Positions 28,987-37,895 of a stretch of DNA of 64,000 bases are shown here, piece after piece. Made by a program: the position numbers and the translations under genes. The notes beneath the pieces were generated by a model. That model had not been told where the DNA came from. It made no database searches and saw only the letters and a program-made list of their open reading frames with translations. The stretch lies in NCBI GenBank assembly GCA_964584785.1, contig CAZPBY010000001.1:74718-138717 (forward strand), given 5' to 3'. Source of the stretch: an uncultured Solibacteraceae bacterium (GTDB taxonomy: Bacteria; Acidobacteriota; Terriglobia; 20CM-2-55-15). Positions within the stretch are counted from its first letter, which is position 1, and every line of letters starts with the position of its first letter.

Positions 28987-31580
28987 ACTGGCTGAAGCGA
29001 CTCTTCAATCGACGCCGGATGGAAGCGGATCTGGAGAAGGAACTTGAATTTCACCTCGACGAACAGACTCGCGACGCATTAAAAAATGGCGCGGACGAAG
29101 CGGAAGCGCGGCGAGCCGCACGGCTCGCGTTCGGAACGCTGGACGGGATTAAGGAAGAGTGCCACGACGCGCGGGGGACGCGCTGGTTGGAGGATTTCGT
29201 TCAAGACTGCCGTTATGGATTGCGCGTGTTGCGGCGAAGTCCGGTGTTCACTGCCGTCGCGATTCTCTCGTTGGGACTCGGCATCGGCGCGAACACGGCA
29301 ATCTTCAGTCTGATGGATCGCGTGATGTTCCGAATGCTGCCGGGCGTTCGCGAGCCTCGGCAACTGGTCGAAGTCGGCCCGTGCTGCTTCTCATATCCAA
29401 TGGTGTCTGAACTTGCGAAGCTGACGAGTTTCGATGGCATCTTTGCGCGCATGAATCTTGGCGTGATGGACATCGTGGTCGATGGACATCCGGAAACCGC
29501 CCAAACGGATCTCGTGTCCGCTTCCTATTATTCCGCGCTCGGCGTCAAGGCAGCCGCCGGCCGCGCGTTTAGCGAAGATGCGGCGGTCGCCGTAATCAGT
29601 CATCCATACTGGAAGCGGCGGTTCGCGGCCGATCCTGCGGTGATCGGTCGAACGTTTCGGCGGCTGAATTCGGTGTTTACGATCGTCGGTGTGACGCCAC
29701 CCGAATTCTTCGGCACCACCGTCGGGCAGCAACCGGACATCGCCATTCCACTATCCATGGAGCCTTTCGTCCGCGGTGGGCCCTCCTATTTAGGTGAGCA
29801 GGAGTACTGGTGGCTGGCCGTTATGGGACGGCTGAAACCGAGCGTCACCGTGGCGCAGGCACAAGCGGAGATTGAAGCGCTTCGCGGCGATGCAGTGGAC
29901 GCCTGGAGAGCGAATTACGCTCCGCACGGCGTGAAGTTGCAACTGCAGCCAGGCGGCAACGGATTCGACAGCCTTCGCGAACGTTACAGCGAACCGCTGA
30001 CGATTCTCATGTTCACCGTCGGCATGGTGTTGCTGCTGGCATGCGCAAATCTCGCGAACTTATTGCTTGCGAAATCCGCGGCACGCCAGCGCGAAATCGC
30101 CGTGCGGCTGGCGATCGGCGCGCGGCGTGGCCGCGTGATTCGTCAGTTGTTCGTCGAAGGCATGTTGCTTTCTTTGGGTGGCGCGATTCTCGGCGTGGCC
30201 GTCGCTTACGTATTCGCCGACAACCTCCTGAACATGACTTCGTTGGGCGGGCCGCGCATGCCTTTGGACGTCCGTCCCGACGCCCGTGTTCTTCTTTTTG
30301 CTCTCGTTATTTCTGTCGTCGCGTGTGTTTTGTTTTCGCTGGCGCCGGCGCTGCATGCCACCCGCCGCAGCGTCAGGGTCGCGATTGCAAATTCGAAGCT
30401 TCGTGGCTGGCGATTGGGTCGTATGTTGATCGGCGCTCAAATGGCGATCTCCGTTGTGCTGCTCGTCGGCGCGGGATTGTTCGGCCGCACAATCTTGAAT
30501 TTCTACACGATCGATGCCGGTTTCGACGCGCGCGATGTCACGGTGTTTTCGAGCAACCTGGCGTTTCTTGGATTCGATTCGAAGCGAGTTCAAACGCTGC
30601 AGGCTCAGGTCCTCGCGTCGTTGAATGCGATGCCTGGCGTGCATTCCGCCACCGTGTCGAAATATCCGCCGGTCAGCCGCGGCAGTTGGCAACAAGGACT
30701 CATGGTTCAGGCGCAATCCGCCGCCGATGGAAAGCCGGATCACCTCAATTCCGTAGGACCGAAGTTCTTCGAGACATACGGAACGCCTCTTGTGTCGGGC
30801 CGCGAGTTCGACGACCGAGACACTGAGACGTCGCCGCGTGTTGCGATCGTCAACGAATCGTTCGCGAGGCGCTATGTCAACGGGAGTTCGCCTGTGGGGC
30901 AATGGGTCGCATTCAAAGGTCGCGAGAAAGATGTCCACTACACGATCGTCGGCGTGGTGAAGGACGCCAGGTACGAAAGCCTTCGCACAGAAAGTCCGGC
31001 GACAGTCTATTTCTCGTCCGCGCAGGTACCGCCTGGTGCAAGCTCGCACACTTTCGCGGTTCGAATGAAACCCGGAGTGGTTCTCAGCGCAGCGGAATTA
31101 CAAAACGCATTCGCCCGGGTCGATCCGTCGGTGCATGGGGGCCTGGTGCTGAGTCTGTCCAATCATGTCGCGCGATCGCTCATGCCGGAACGCATGTTGG
31201 CAACGCTCGGGGCGTTCTTCGCCCTGCTCGCTCTGATGCTGAGTGCGATCGGAGTGTACGGAATGATGGCGTTCCAGGTGGCTCGGCAGCGGAGAGAAAT
31301 CGGAATCCGCATGGCGCTCGGTGCGGACGCACGATCAGTCGTCCGGATGATCCTCCGCGAAACTACCCGGTTGACAGTCGCCGGCTGTCTTATCGGCGCC
31401 GTGGCGGGCCTCGTTCTGACGCGAGGCTTGCAGCAAGTGCTGTACGGCATCCAGCCGCACGATCCCGCGACATTCGCAGCTGCGATCCTCGTGCTCCTGC
31501 TGGTGTCTTTGTTAGCCTCATACCTGCCGGGTCGAACGGCGGCTCGCACCAATCCCATAGACACCCTTCGCTCCGAATAG
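28983..31580 (+). CDS. duplicated FtsX/MacB-type ABC permease (acidobacterial duplicated orphan permease, ADOP family)
   Basis: 865 aa. N-terminus MNWLKRLFNRRRMEADLEKELEFHLDE. Two FtsX 4-TM modules, each preceded by a MacB-like periplasmic domain. Confidence 0.85.
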   Translation: MNWLKRLFNRRRMEADLEKELEFHLDEQTRDALKNGADEAEARRAARLAFGTLDGIKEECHDARGTRWLEDFVQDCRYGLRVLRRSPVFTAVAILSLGLGIGANTAIFSLMDRVMFRMLPGVREPRQLVEVGPCCFSYPMVSELAKLTSFDGIFARMNLGVMDIVVDGHPETAQTDLVSASYYSALGVKAAAGRAFSEDAAVAVISHPYWKRRFAADPAVIGRTFRRLNSVFTIVGVTPPEFFGTTVGQQPDIAIPLSMEPFVRGGPSYLGEQEYWWLAVMGRLKPSVTVAQAQAEIEALRGDAVDAWRANYAPHGVKLQLQPGGNGFDSLRERYSEPLTILMFTVGMVLLLACANLANLLLAKSAARQREIAVRLAIGARRGRVIRQLFVEGMLLSLGGAILGVAVAYVFADNLLNMTSLGGPRMPLDVRPDARVLLFALVISVVACVLFSLAPALHATRRSVRVAIANSKLRGWRLGRMLIGAQMAISVVLLVGAGLFGRTILNFYTIDAGFDARDVTVFSSNLAFLGFDSKRVQTLQAQVLASLNAMPGVHSATVSKYPPVSRGSWQQGLMVQAQSAADGKPDHLNSVGPKFFETYGTPLVSGREFDDRDTETSPRVAIVNESFARRYVNGSSPVGQWVAFKGREKDVHYTIVGVVKDARYESLRTESPATVYFSSAQVPPGASSHTFAVRMKPGVVLSAAELQNAFARVDPSVHGGLVLSLSNHVARSLMPERMLATLGAFFALLALMLSAIGVYGMMAFQVARQRREIGIRMALGADARSVVRMILRETTRLTVAGCLIGAVAGLVLTRGLQQVLYGIQPHDPATFAAAILVLLLVSLLASYLPGRTAARTNPIDTLRSE

Positions 31581-31787
31581 AGAGGCAAAGCCGGGATCGA
31601 GCGTCACGGCTTACCCGAATGTGACAAGGCCTGCTCGAGATCCACGTTTGTCCCTAGCGCATTTAAGATCGTCGACGGCACAGGACGGAAGAACCGAGCA
31701 GTTGAAGGCGGGAACGTACACAGGACGTCTGTTTGCCGGATGGGCCGCTCGTTTCCGAGTATCGACTTCAGATCCAAAGGTAGTAAG

Positions 31788-34700
31788 ATGCGCCGCATGT
31801 TCGCACAACTTTTGGCTGTGTTGGGTTTGTTGTTACCCGGCGCGGCTTTTGGGCAGGACGTCCCGCTCGAGACTGGACACGTTGTCCAGCGCGAGATTAA
31901 GGGAGGCGCGACACACACCTATCCGTTGCACCTCGATCGGGATCAGTACATTCACGTCATTGCCGATCAGGACGACATCGATGTGTCGATGACACTCCGC
32001 GCGCCCGATGGCAAAACGTTGGTGGATGTAAACCGGCTCGCAGAAGGCCCTGAGGACCTCTTCTGGATTGCCGCAGAGGCCGGCAACTACGCCGTAGCGA
32101 TTCAGGCAGAGAAAGCCGTCGAGTCGGGTCACTACAGAATTGCACTGGAAAGCCGGCTCGTTCCTGCTGCCGAGGACCGAAATCGCTTCACCGCGTTTCG
32201 CACGACCGTTGTGGAAGCGAACGCGCTGATGGCGCAAGGGACTGCGGATTCGCTCAACAAAGCCGCCACCAAATATGAAGAGGCGCTGGCGCTTTGGCGC
32301 GAAGTGAAGGATCTGCGGTGGAATGGCTATACCGCCCATCAACTGGGGGCGCTTTACGAACAACTCAGCCAGCTGCCACGCGCCAGGGATCTGTTGCTCG
32401 AGGCGTTGTCGATGCGGCGGACGACCAGCGAGCGCAGAGGAATATCTTCAACGCTGAACTCGCTCGGTTACGTGTATTACAGGCTTGGAGATTCACGCCT
32501 CGCCTTGCAGCACTACGCCGAAGCCATCGATTTGCGTCGTGAATTGCACGATCGACGGGGTGAAGCAATATCACTGAATAACGAAGGATTGGCTTATGAG
32601 CGCCTAGGCGAAAGAGAGAAGGCGCTCGAGGCGTATCAGGGTTCACTGAAGATTCGCCGCGAGGTTGGTGATACTCGAGGCGAGGCGGTCACGTTAAGCA
32701 ACCTCGCCATTACCTACAGGTACATGGGAGACCTTCAAAAATCGCTGGATTTGCTCGTCGAGTCGTTACCTCTCCGCCGCAGCAGCGGTGATCGCCGTGG
32801 CGAGGGAAGCACGCTCAACGGTATCGCTCAGGCCTATAGCCAGCTGGGTGATTACCGAAAGGCTGAAGAATACTGGATTCAGGCGGAGAAGATCTTCGAA
32901 GAAACCGGTGAGATCAACGGGCGGGCCAGTGTCCTGGAAGGACTTGGACGAGTCAGCCAGTCACTGAACAATTACAGGGATTCGCAGAATTATTACGAGC
33001 GGTCGCTGGTCCTCAGACGGCAAAGCGGAAGCAAGCAGGGCGAGCTCAACGGATTGGTCGGTCTGTGTTACACATTTCAAAATCTGTCGGACTTCAGCAA
33101 AGCTCGTGATAATGCCGAGCACGCGCTGACGCTTGCGACGGAGATTGAGGACCGCTTCGGGATCTCGGAAGCTCACAGCTGCCTCGGTGAGTCTCTCTAC
33201 CGATTGGGCGACCTCACTAACGCGCTGGAGCACCTCCAGGCCGCTGCGACGCTGACTCGAACAATCGGCAATGACTCCGCTCTTGGCGTCGCATTAGCCC
33301 TGATGGCCATGGTGGAGGCCGACATGGGCAGGTTGCCGGAAGCCCTTTCGCGAGTCCAGGAAGCCCTTATCCTGAAGGAGGCGACGCGGGCCGGCGTAGC
33401 GAATCCAGACCTTCGAGCCTCCTACCGCTCATTGCAGGCGGACTTGTATGCCGTCGAAACGGATGTGCTCATGCGGATGCACGCGGCGAATCCGCAAGGC
33501 GGCTTCGCCGCCCGCGCCCTCGATGCGAATGAGCATTGGCGAGCTCGCAGCCTGATCGAGATGGTTGCCGAATCCGGCACGGATTTGCGACAGGAATTAA
33601 CAGACGCACAGCGCAAACGTGAAGACGGAATTGTGACGCGCATCACTTCAATCCAACGAGAACTGTTTCGCACCGATGTCTCGACGGCGCGTAAGAAGGA
33701 ACTCCAACAGCAATTGGCTGCCGCCGAGCGCGATCTCGATTTGTATCAGGTTGAATTGAGATCGGCCGGAAGCCGGTACGCAGCGGTACACTACCCGCCG
33801 CCGTTGCAAACGGACCGGCTACGAACCGAGTTGCTCGGACCAAACGCGGCGCTGATCGAGTACGCGCTGGGAGAGAAACGATCATACGCCTGGGTGCTCA
33901 CACCGGAAGGGTTGAGCAGTGCCACATTACCGGGCCGGCAGGAGATTGAGCGTGAAGTCTCCGCGTACCGGAAGGAACTTTCAGAGCGTGTTTCGAGCCT
34001 CACGGTGGGGCAATCACTGGCGCGCCTGAACTCACAAAGCAGACAGCTATACAGGACGCTGTTGTGGCCTTTCGAAAGGACGCTGTCGACAAGCCATTCG
34101 CTGATCGTCGTGACGGATGGAATCCTTGCGTATCTGCCGTTCGAAACATTAATGAATGTCGACCAATCTCCGCTCATCGAACACTTCTCCGTCTCGTATG
34201 CTCCATCTGGCACGACCCTGGCTGTTTTGAAGTCACGCAAAGACCAGCAAAGGCCTTTCAAGACCCTGCTCGCGTTCGCGGATCCGAAGGTTGTCACAAC
34301 AGGAAAAGCAGAGCTGAATAGTGCCGCCGAACGCGGCCTGGACCTGACTCCTCTTCCCAATTCGAGATCGGAAGTGACCGCCATCGGTTCCTTATATAAA
34401 GCGGGACAGACCCGGATCTACATGGGTGCTGAAGCAACGGAGCAGACGGTAAAGGCGGAAGACCTGAGCGGCTACCGGTTTCTCCATTTCGCCACACATG
34501 GTTACTTCGATGAAGAGCGACCTTCGCGGTCCGGCATTGTGCTCGTTCCCGGCCCCGACAATAGCCAGGACGGAATACTGCAGGTTGGAGAGATCATGCA
34601 TCTCCATTTGAATGCAGACCTGGTGACGCTGTCCGCGTGCCAGACCGGGCTGGGGCAGGTGTTGGCCGGCGAGGGCGTCATGGGTATGACGCGCGCCTTC

Positions 34701-34898
34701 TTGTATGCGGGCGCGCAAAGCGTCGTCGTGAGCCTTTGGAACGTCAACGACGCGGCCACGGCGCAGCTGATGAAGGCGTTCTACAGAGAACTCAGCCGTG
34801 GGGTGTCTCGTGAAGAGGCCCTGAGAAAAGCCAAGCTCTCTATGATGCATCCCAAAACGTCTGGCGACACCCTTATTTCTGGGCTCCTTTCATCCTGA
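31788..34898 (+). CDS. secreted multidomain protein: N-terminal PPC-like domain, ~12 TPR repeats, C-terminal CHAT (caspase-like) peptidase domain
   Basis: Signal peptide MRRMFAQLLAVLGLLLPGAAFGQ. TPR consensus repeats. CHAT His/Cys dyad context FLHFATHGYFDE and LVTLSACQTGLG. ATG at 31788 preceded by AAGGTAG. Confidence 0.8.
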   Translation: MRRMFAQLLAVLGLLLPGAAFGQDVPLETGHVVQREIKGGATHTYPLHLDRDQYIHVIADQDDIDVSMTLRAPDGKTLVDVNRLAEGPEDLFWIAAEAGNYAVAIQAEKAVESGHYRIALESRLVPAAEDRNRFTAFRTTVVEANALMAQGTADSLNKAATKYEEALALWREVKDLRWNGYTAHQLGALYEQLSQLPRARDLLLEALSMRRTTSERRGISSTLNSLGYVYYRLGDSRLALQHYAEAIDLRRELHDRRGEAISLNNEGLAYERLGEREKALEAYQGSLKIRREVGDTRGEAVTLSNLAITYRYMGDLQKSLDLLVESLPLRRSSGDRRGEGSTLNGIAQAYSQLGDYRKAEEYWIQAEKIFEETGEINGRASVLEGLGRVSQSLNNYRDSQNYYERSLVLRRQSGSKQGELNGLVGLCYTFQNLSDFSKARDNAEHALTLATEIEDRFGISEAHSCLGESLYRLGDLTNALEHLQAAATLTRTIGNDSALGVALALMAMVEADMGRLPEALSRVQEALILKEATRAGVANPDLRASYRSLQADLYAVETDVLMRMHAANPQGGFAARALDANEHWRARSLIEMVAESGTDLRQELTDAQRKREDGIVTRITSIQRELFRTDVSTARKKELQQQLAAAERDLDLYQVELRSAGSRYAAVHYPPPLQTDRLRTELLGPNAALIEYALGEKRSYAWVLTPEGLSSATLPGRQEIEREVSAYRKELSERVSSLTVGQSLARLNSQSRQLYRTLLWPFERTLSTSHSLIVVTDGILAYLPFETLMNVDQSPLIEHFSVSYAPSGTTLAVLKSRKDQQRPFKTLLAFADPKVVTTGKAELNSAAERGLDLTPLPNSRSEVTAIGSLYKAGQTRIYMGAEATEQTVKAEDLSGYRFLHFATHGYFDEERPSRSGIVLVPGPDNSQDGILQVGEIMHLHLNADLVTLSACQTGLGQVLAGEGVMGMTRAFLYAGAQSVVVSLWNVNDAATAQLMKAFYRELSRGVSREEALRKAKLSMMHPKTSGDTLISGLLSS

Positions 34899-34948
34899 CT
34901 ATGCCCCAGTCGTAAGTTCGTTAACGATGACTTGACGGGAGGTTCCTG

Positions 34949-35109
34949 ATGACCCGCAGACTGCGGACCCTTGCCCTTCTTCTCGCATCCTTATTTACTG
35001 TCGCCTCGCTTGCGTGTGCGCAGGGCGGCAGCACGGCAGCCTCGCTCTCCGGGACCGTCGCCGACACGTCGGGCGCCCTCAATGCGACGCACCGATCAAG
35101 TGCCGTTTC
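34949..35109 (+). pseudogene. N-terminal fragment of a TonB-dependent-receptor-like gene, truncated at the adjacent toxin-antitoxin module
   Basis: GGGAGG SD, signal peptide MTRRLRTLALLLASLFTVASLACAQG, then SLSGTVADTSGA. This resembles the N-terminal carboxypeptidase-regulatory-like start of 56613..59630 (VTGRVTDSTGAV). After ~45 codons the frame runs into the convergent vapC. Confidence 0.25.
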
Positions 35110-35496
35110 TCACCAGGCCGTTCGAACGATGGACGCTTCACGGAGGCTTCGGTCTTTGGTAATCAATAGTGCGGAGTGCAAGGTCGCCGTCGCGGTGATC
35201 AACCGGTCGGCAGGATCGCCTGGGAAATCCGCGGGTAACTCCGCTGCTTTCACGGCAACTGCCGGGGTAAGGGCGAGCAGATCGACACGGTCAAGCGCCC
35301 GGCTGTCTTGCAACCACTGAAGCAGAGGTCGATCCAACGTGATTCGTCCACGGGCTGCAAGCGTTGCAACCTCCATACAACAAACCGCGGGAACCCCTAT
35401 CTTCGTCGTGCGATGGATCTCCTGCTTTGCGGCTCGTCCGAGCTTATGGGGATCGCTCACCCACCAGATCCAGGCGTGCGTGTCGAGAACAATCAC
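35110..35496 (-). CDS. vapC: type II toxin VapC (PIN domain)
   Basis: PIN motifs (VLDTHAWIWW..., CMEVA, ITATA...D). The likely GTG start at 35496 overlaps the antitoxin TGA as GTGA. The track ORF starts at TTG 35511. Confidence 0.75.
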   Translation of the reverse strand: MIVLDTHAWIWWVSDPHKLGRAAKQEIHRTTKIGVPAVCCMEVATLAARGRITLDRPLLQWLQDSRALDRVDLLALTPAVAVKAAELPADFPGDPADRLITATATLHSALLITKDRSLREASIVRTAW

Positions 35497-35717
35497 CGCG
35501 CCATGTCCCAATCACCAAGAATCGGGCCGACGATATCTCCATGAATCTTGACGCTGCCGCGGAGCGGTTTAGGAGCTTCAACCTGTGCTGGGATGACCTC
35601 GACGACGGGCTGACCCCGCTTCGTGACAATGACGGACTCACGCGTCTTCGCCACTATATCTATCAGACCGAGGCATTCGGCTTTGAACTTACCAGCGGGT
35701 ATCGTGCGTTTCTTCAT
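35493..35717 (-). CDS. Phd/YefM-family antitoxin
   Basis: MKKRTIPAGKFKAECLGLIDIVAKTRESVIVTKRGQPVVEVIP is the typical Phd/YefM fold sequence. ATG at 35717. Confidence 0.75.
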   Translation of the reverse strand: MKKRTIPAGKFKAECLGLIDIVAKTRESVIVTKRGQPVVEVIPAQVEAPKPLRGSVKIHGDIVGPILGDWDMAR

Positions 35718-35813
35718 AGTCACGATCAAATGACCACTTAATAACCGCGTCAACGCAGAGCAACCCGGCTGCCCGAACGACGCTCACGAGTTCCACATAA
35801 AGTCCAAGGTTTT

Positions 35814-36206
35814 TCATTTAACGAAGACTTCGAGGATTTCGACCGCACTGGATCCGTTGTTGTGAAAACCATGCAAAGTTCCGCGCTTCATGAGATAGGG
35901 CTGCCACGGCTTGACCTCAACGGACTTGCCGTCGGCCAATCGGAGTTCCATCGGTCCGGTTATTGGAATGAAAAGATGATATTGCACGTCGTCATGCTGA
36001 TGCATGACTCGGGTTGCACCGGCCTCGACGAGCACGCGAAGGATCCGCGCTTCCTGATCCAGCAACGTCGCATTGCTCACTCCGACGTTGCCCTCCCCGG
36101 CAAGTGGACGCAGGGGCGTGCTTCTGTCTCCTGTCGCGATCTGGCCGATCACACAAACAGGTTGTAGCATCGTCGCTAATGTCAGCAATGCCGCTACTCT
36201 TTTCAT
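35814..36206 (-). CDS. secreted cupin-domain protein
   Basis: Signal peptide MKRVAALLTLATMLQPV. Cupin-like core (HQHDDVQYHLFI...GTLHGFHNNG). Confidence 0.55.
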   Translation of the reverse strand: MKRVAALLTLATMLQPVCVIGQIATGDRSTPLRPLAGEGNVGVSNATLLDQEARILRVLVEAGATRVMHQHDDVQYHLFIPITGPMELRLADGKSVEVKPWQPYLMKRGTLHGFHNNGSSAVEILEVFVK

Positions 36207-36405
36207 CGAACGGCTCTCCTTTCGTGACCGCGCCAATGTTATGACGTTCTCATTACACCCGGCTACAAGATATGATTCGCGACGACAAACCGAAACTCTG
36301 CTGAATGAACCGGCTCATCCGACAAGTTTTGTTTACTGCCACGGCCGATCTGGATCGCAGTGTCGCACCGATCCGAATCCACGCAACATACGGCGCTTCC
36401 AAAGA

Positions 36406-37065
36406 ATGGGTTCTGTCGTGACGGGTCTTTTTGACAGACAACCGATGGTGCGGGCGCGCGAACCGCTTGGAGAAGGTGCCGTGTTGTTGCGCGGCTTTGT
36501 CGCGGCCGAAGTCGCTTTGCTGTTGGAAGGAGTGGCCCAGGTGGCGGACGCGGTTCCGTTCCGCCACCTCGTGACGCCCGGTGGTTATTCCATGTCTGTC
36601 GCGATGACGAACTGCGGCCGTGTGGGTTGGGTGTCCGACCGAACCGGATACCGGTATGATCCCCTGGACCCGCAGACCGGAGTCCGCTGGCCCGCGATGC
36701 CCGCGTTGTTTCTCGAAGTTGCTGCACGAGCGGCAGCGGACGCCGGATTCGCTCACTATGATCCTGACGCTTGCCTGATCAATCGCTATGTTCCGGGCAG
36801 CAAACTCAGTCTTCATCAAGACCGCGACGAAAACGATGCATGGGCTCCGATTGTTTCCGTCTCGCTTGGCGTGCCGGCCACATTCCTTTGGGGCGGCAAC
36901 CGGCGTTCCGACCAGGTGCGCCGTCTGTATCTTGAAAGCGGTGACATCGTGGTGTGGGGCGGTCCCGCTCGTTTCACCTATCATGGTGTCGCGCCTCTGC
37001 GCGAAGCCGAGCATCCGCTGACCGGCAAGGAGCGCTTCAATCTCACTTTCAGAAAAGTGTTCTGA
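36406..37065 (+). CDS. alkB: alpha-ketoglutarate/Fe(II)-dependent dioxygenase AlkB (DNA/RNA alkylation repair)
   Basis: Near-colinear similarity to E. coli AlkB: VTPGGYSMSVAMTNCG, DACLINRY.PG.KLSLHQD.DE, APIVSVSLG.PA.F, GD.VVWGG..R..YHG..PL, NLTFR. Confidence 0.85.
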   Translation: MGSVVTGLFDRQPMVRAREPLGEGAVLLRGFVAAEVALLLEGVAQVADAVPFRHLVTPGGYSMSVAMTNCGRVGWVSDRTGYRYDPLDPQTGVRWPAMPALFLEVAARAAADAGFAHYDPDACLINRYVPGSKLSLHQDRDENDAWAPIVSVSLGVPATFLWGGNRRSDQVRRLYLESGDIVVWGGPARFTYHGVAPLREAEHPLTGKERFNLTFRKVF

Positions 37066-37082
37066 CCGACGTTCATGTAGCC

Positions 37083-37895
37083 TCAGTGGCTCAGCGCGTA
37101 CACAATCAAATTGATGGCCATCTGATACGCGAAATCCGAAAACGGAAGTGGGTACTTCGGATCGTCGGCGAACTCGAAAGCTTCGTTCAGGTGCGTGTTG
37201 TGGTTGATAACAACCATCAACCGACCTTGACGGTCCCTCACGCCTTTGCATTCCACGACCACCCCGTCGAGTTCGTAAGTAATTCCGCCATTCAGTGTGT
37301 ACGCGTAGCTGGGGACCTGGACCAATTCGTCAATGTGGTAAAAAGCGCCAAAGAGTGGATCTATCAGTTCGATATCCTCAATCGTTGCGCCGGGGAGCAC
37401 CTTCTTGAATTCTGCGGCAAAGTTGTCCCATTCGAGTGAGCCCCAGAAGTCATCCAGTATCCAGAAGCCACCGCGTGCGAGATATTCACGTAAGATCGCG
37501 GCATCGCCCTCGGTCAGGACCATTTGGCCCGGCTGGCTCGTATAGATGAATGGATATTTGAAGAGATCGGAATCGTTGATCGCGACGACACGTTCGTAAT
37601 TGGCGATATTGAGATTCGTCAGCCTTTTCAGTCCGGCGATCAGTAGTAGATCGCTCTTGGGATAGTCGTTGAACCAATTTTTGTAGTACCGCGGCATGCG
37701 GCCGTTATAGATCATCCGCGCGAATACAAACTGGTCGGTCGGGCGTTTGTCTTGTTTGATGCGCTCTTCGTCGTTATAGTTTCCGTCGAAGAGCGGACGG
37801 AACTGAGCAACCAAACCGGACGCGCCCACCATGAGCGCTAAAACAAAACTAAAGTGTTTCAACGGTCCGCCAGGGTCTTCCAGTTTTTGGCGCAA
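37083..37895 (-). CDS. secreted DUF4159-like protein
   Basis: Signal-peptide-like N-terminus (LKHFSFVLALMVGASGLVAQ). Block LREYLARGGFWILDDFWG. The DUF4159 assignment is from memory of the family, not a search. It overlaps the 3' end of the upstream PDZ gene by 37 nt. Confidence 0.5.
   Translation of the reverse strand: MRQKLEDPGGPLKHFSFVLALMVGASGLVAQFRPLFDGNYNDEERIKQDKRPTDQFVFARMIYNGRMPRYYKNWFNDYPKSDLLLIAGLKRLTNLNIANYERVVAINDSDLFKYPFIYTSQPGQMVLTEGDAAILREYLARGGFWILDDFWGSLEWDNFAAEFKKVLPGATIEDIELIDPLFGAFYHIDELVQVPSYAYTLNGGITYELDGVVVECKGVRDRQGRLMVVINHNTHLNEAFEFADDPKYPLPFSDFAYQMAINLIVYALSH

Noticed and set aside
30041-31049. Two long ORFs (261 aa on the plus strand, 329 aa on the minus strand) inside the ADOP permease gene
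   Set aside because: Alternative-frame and antisense frames of a well-supported 865-aa gene, with biased composition and no motifs.
36253-37251. 332-aa minus-strand ORF antisense to alkB
   Set aside because: alkB aligns almost colinearly with E. coli AlkB. The antisense frame has no motifs.
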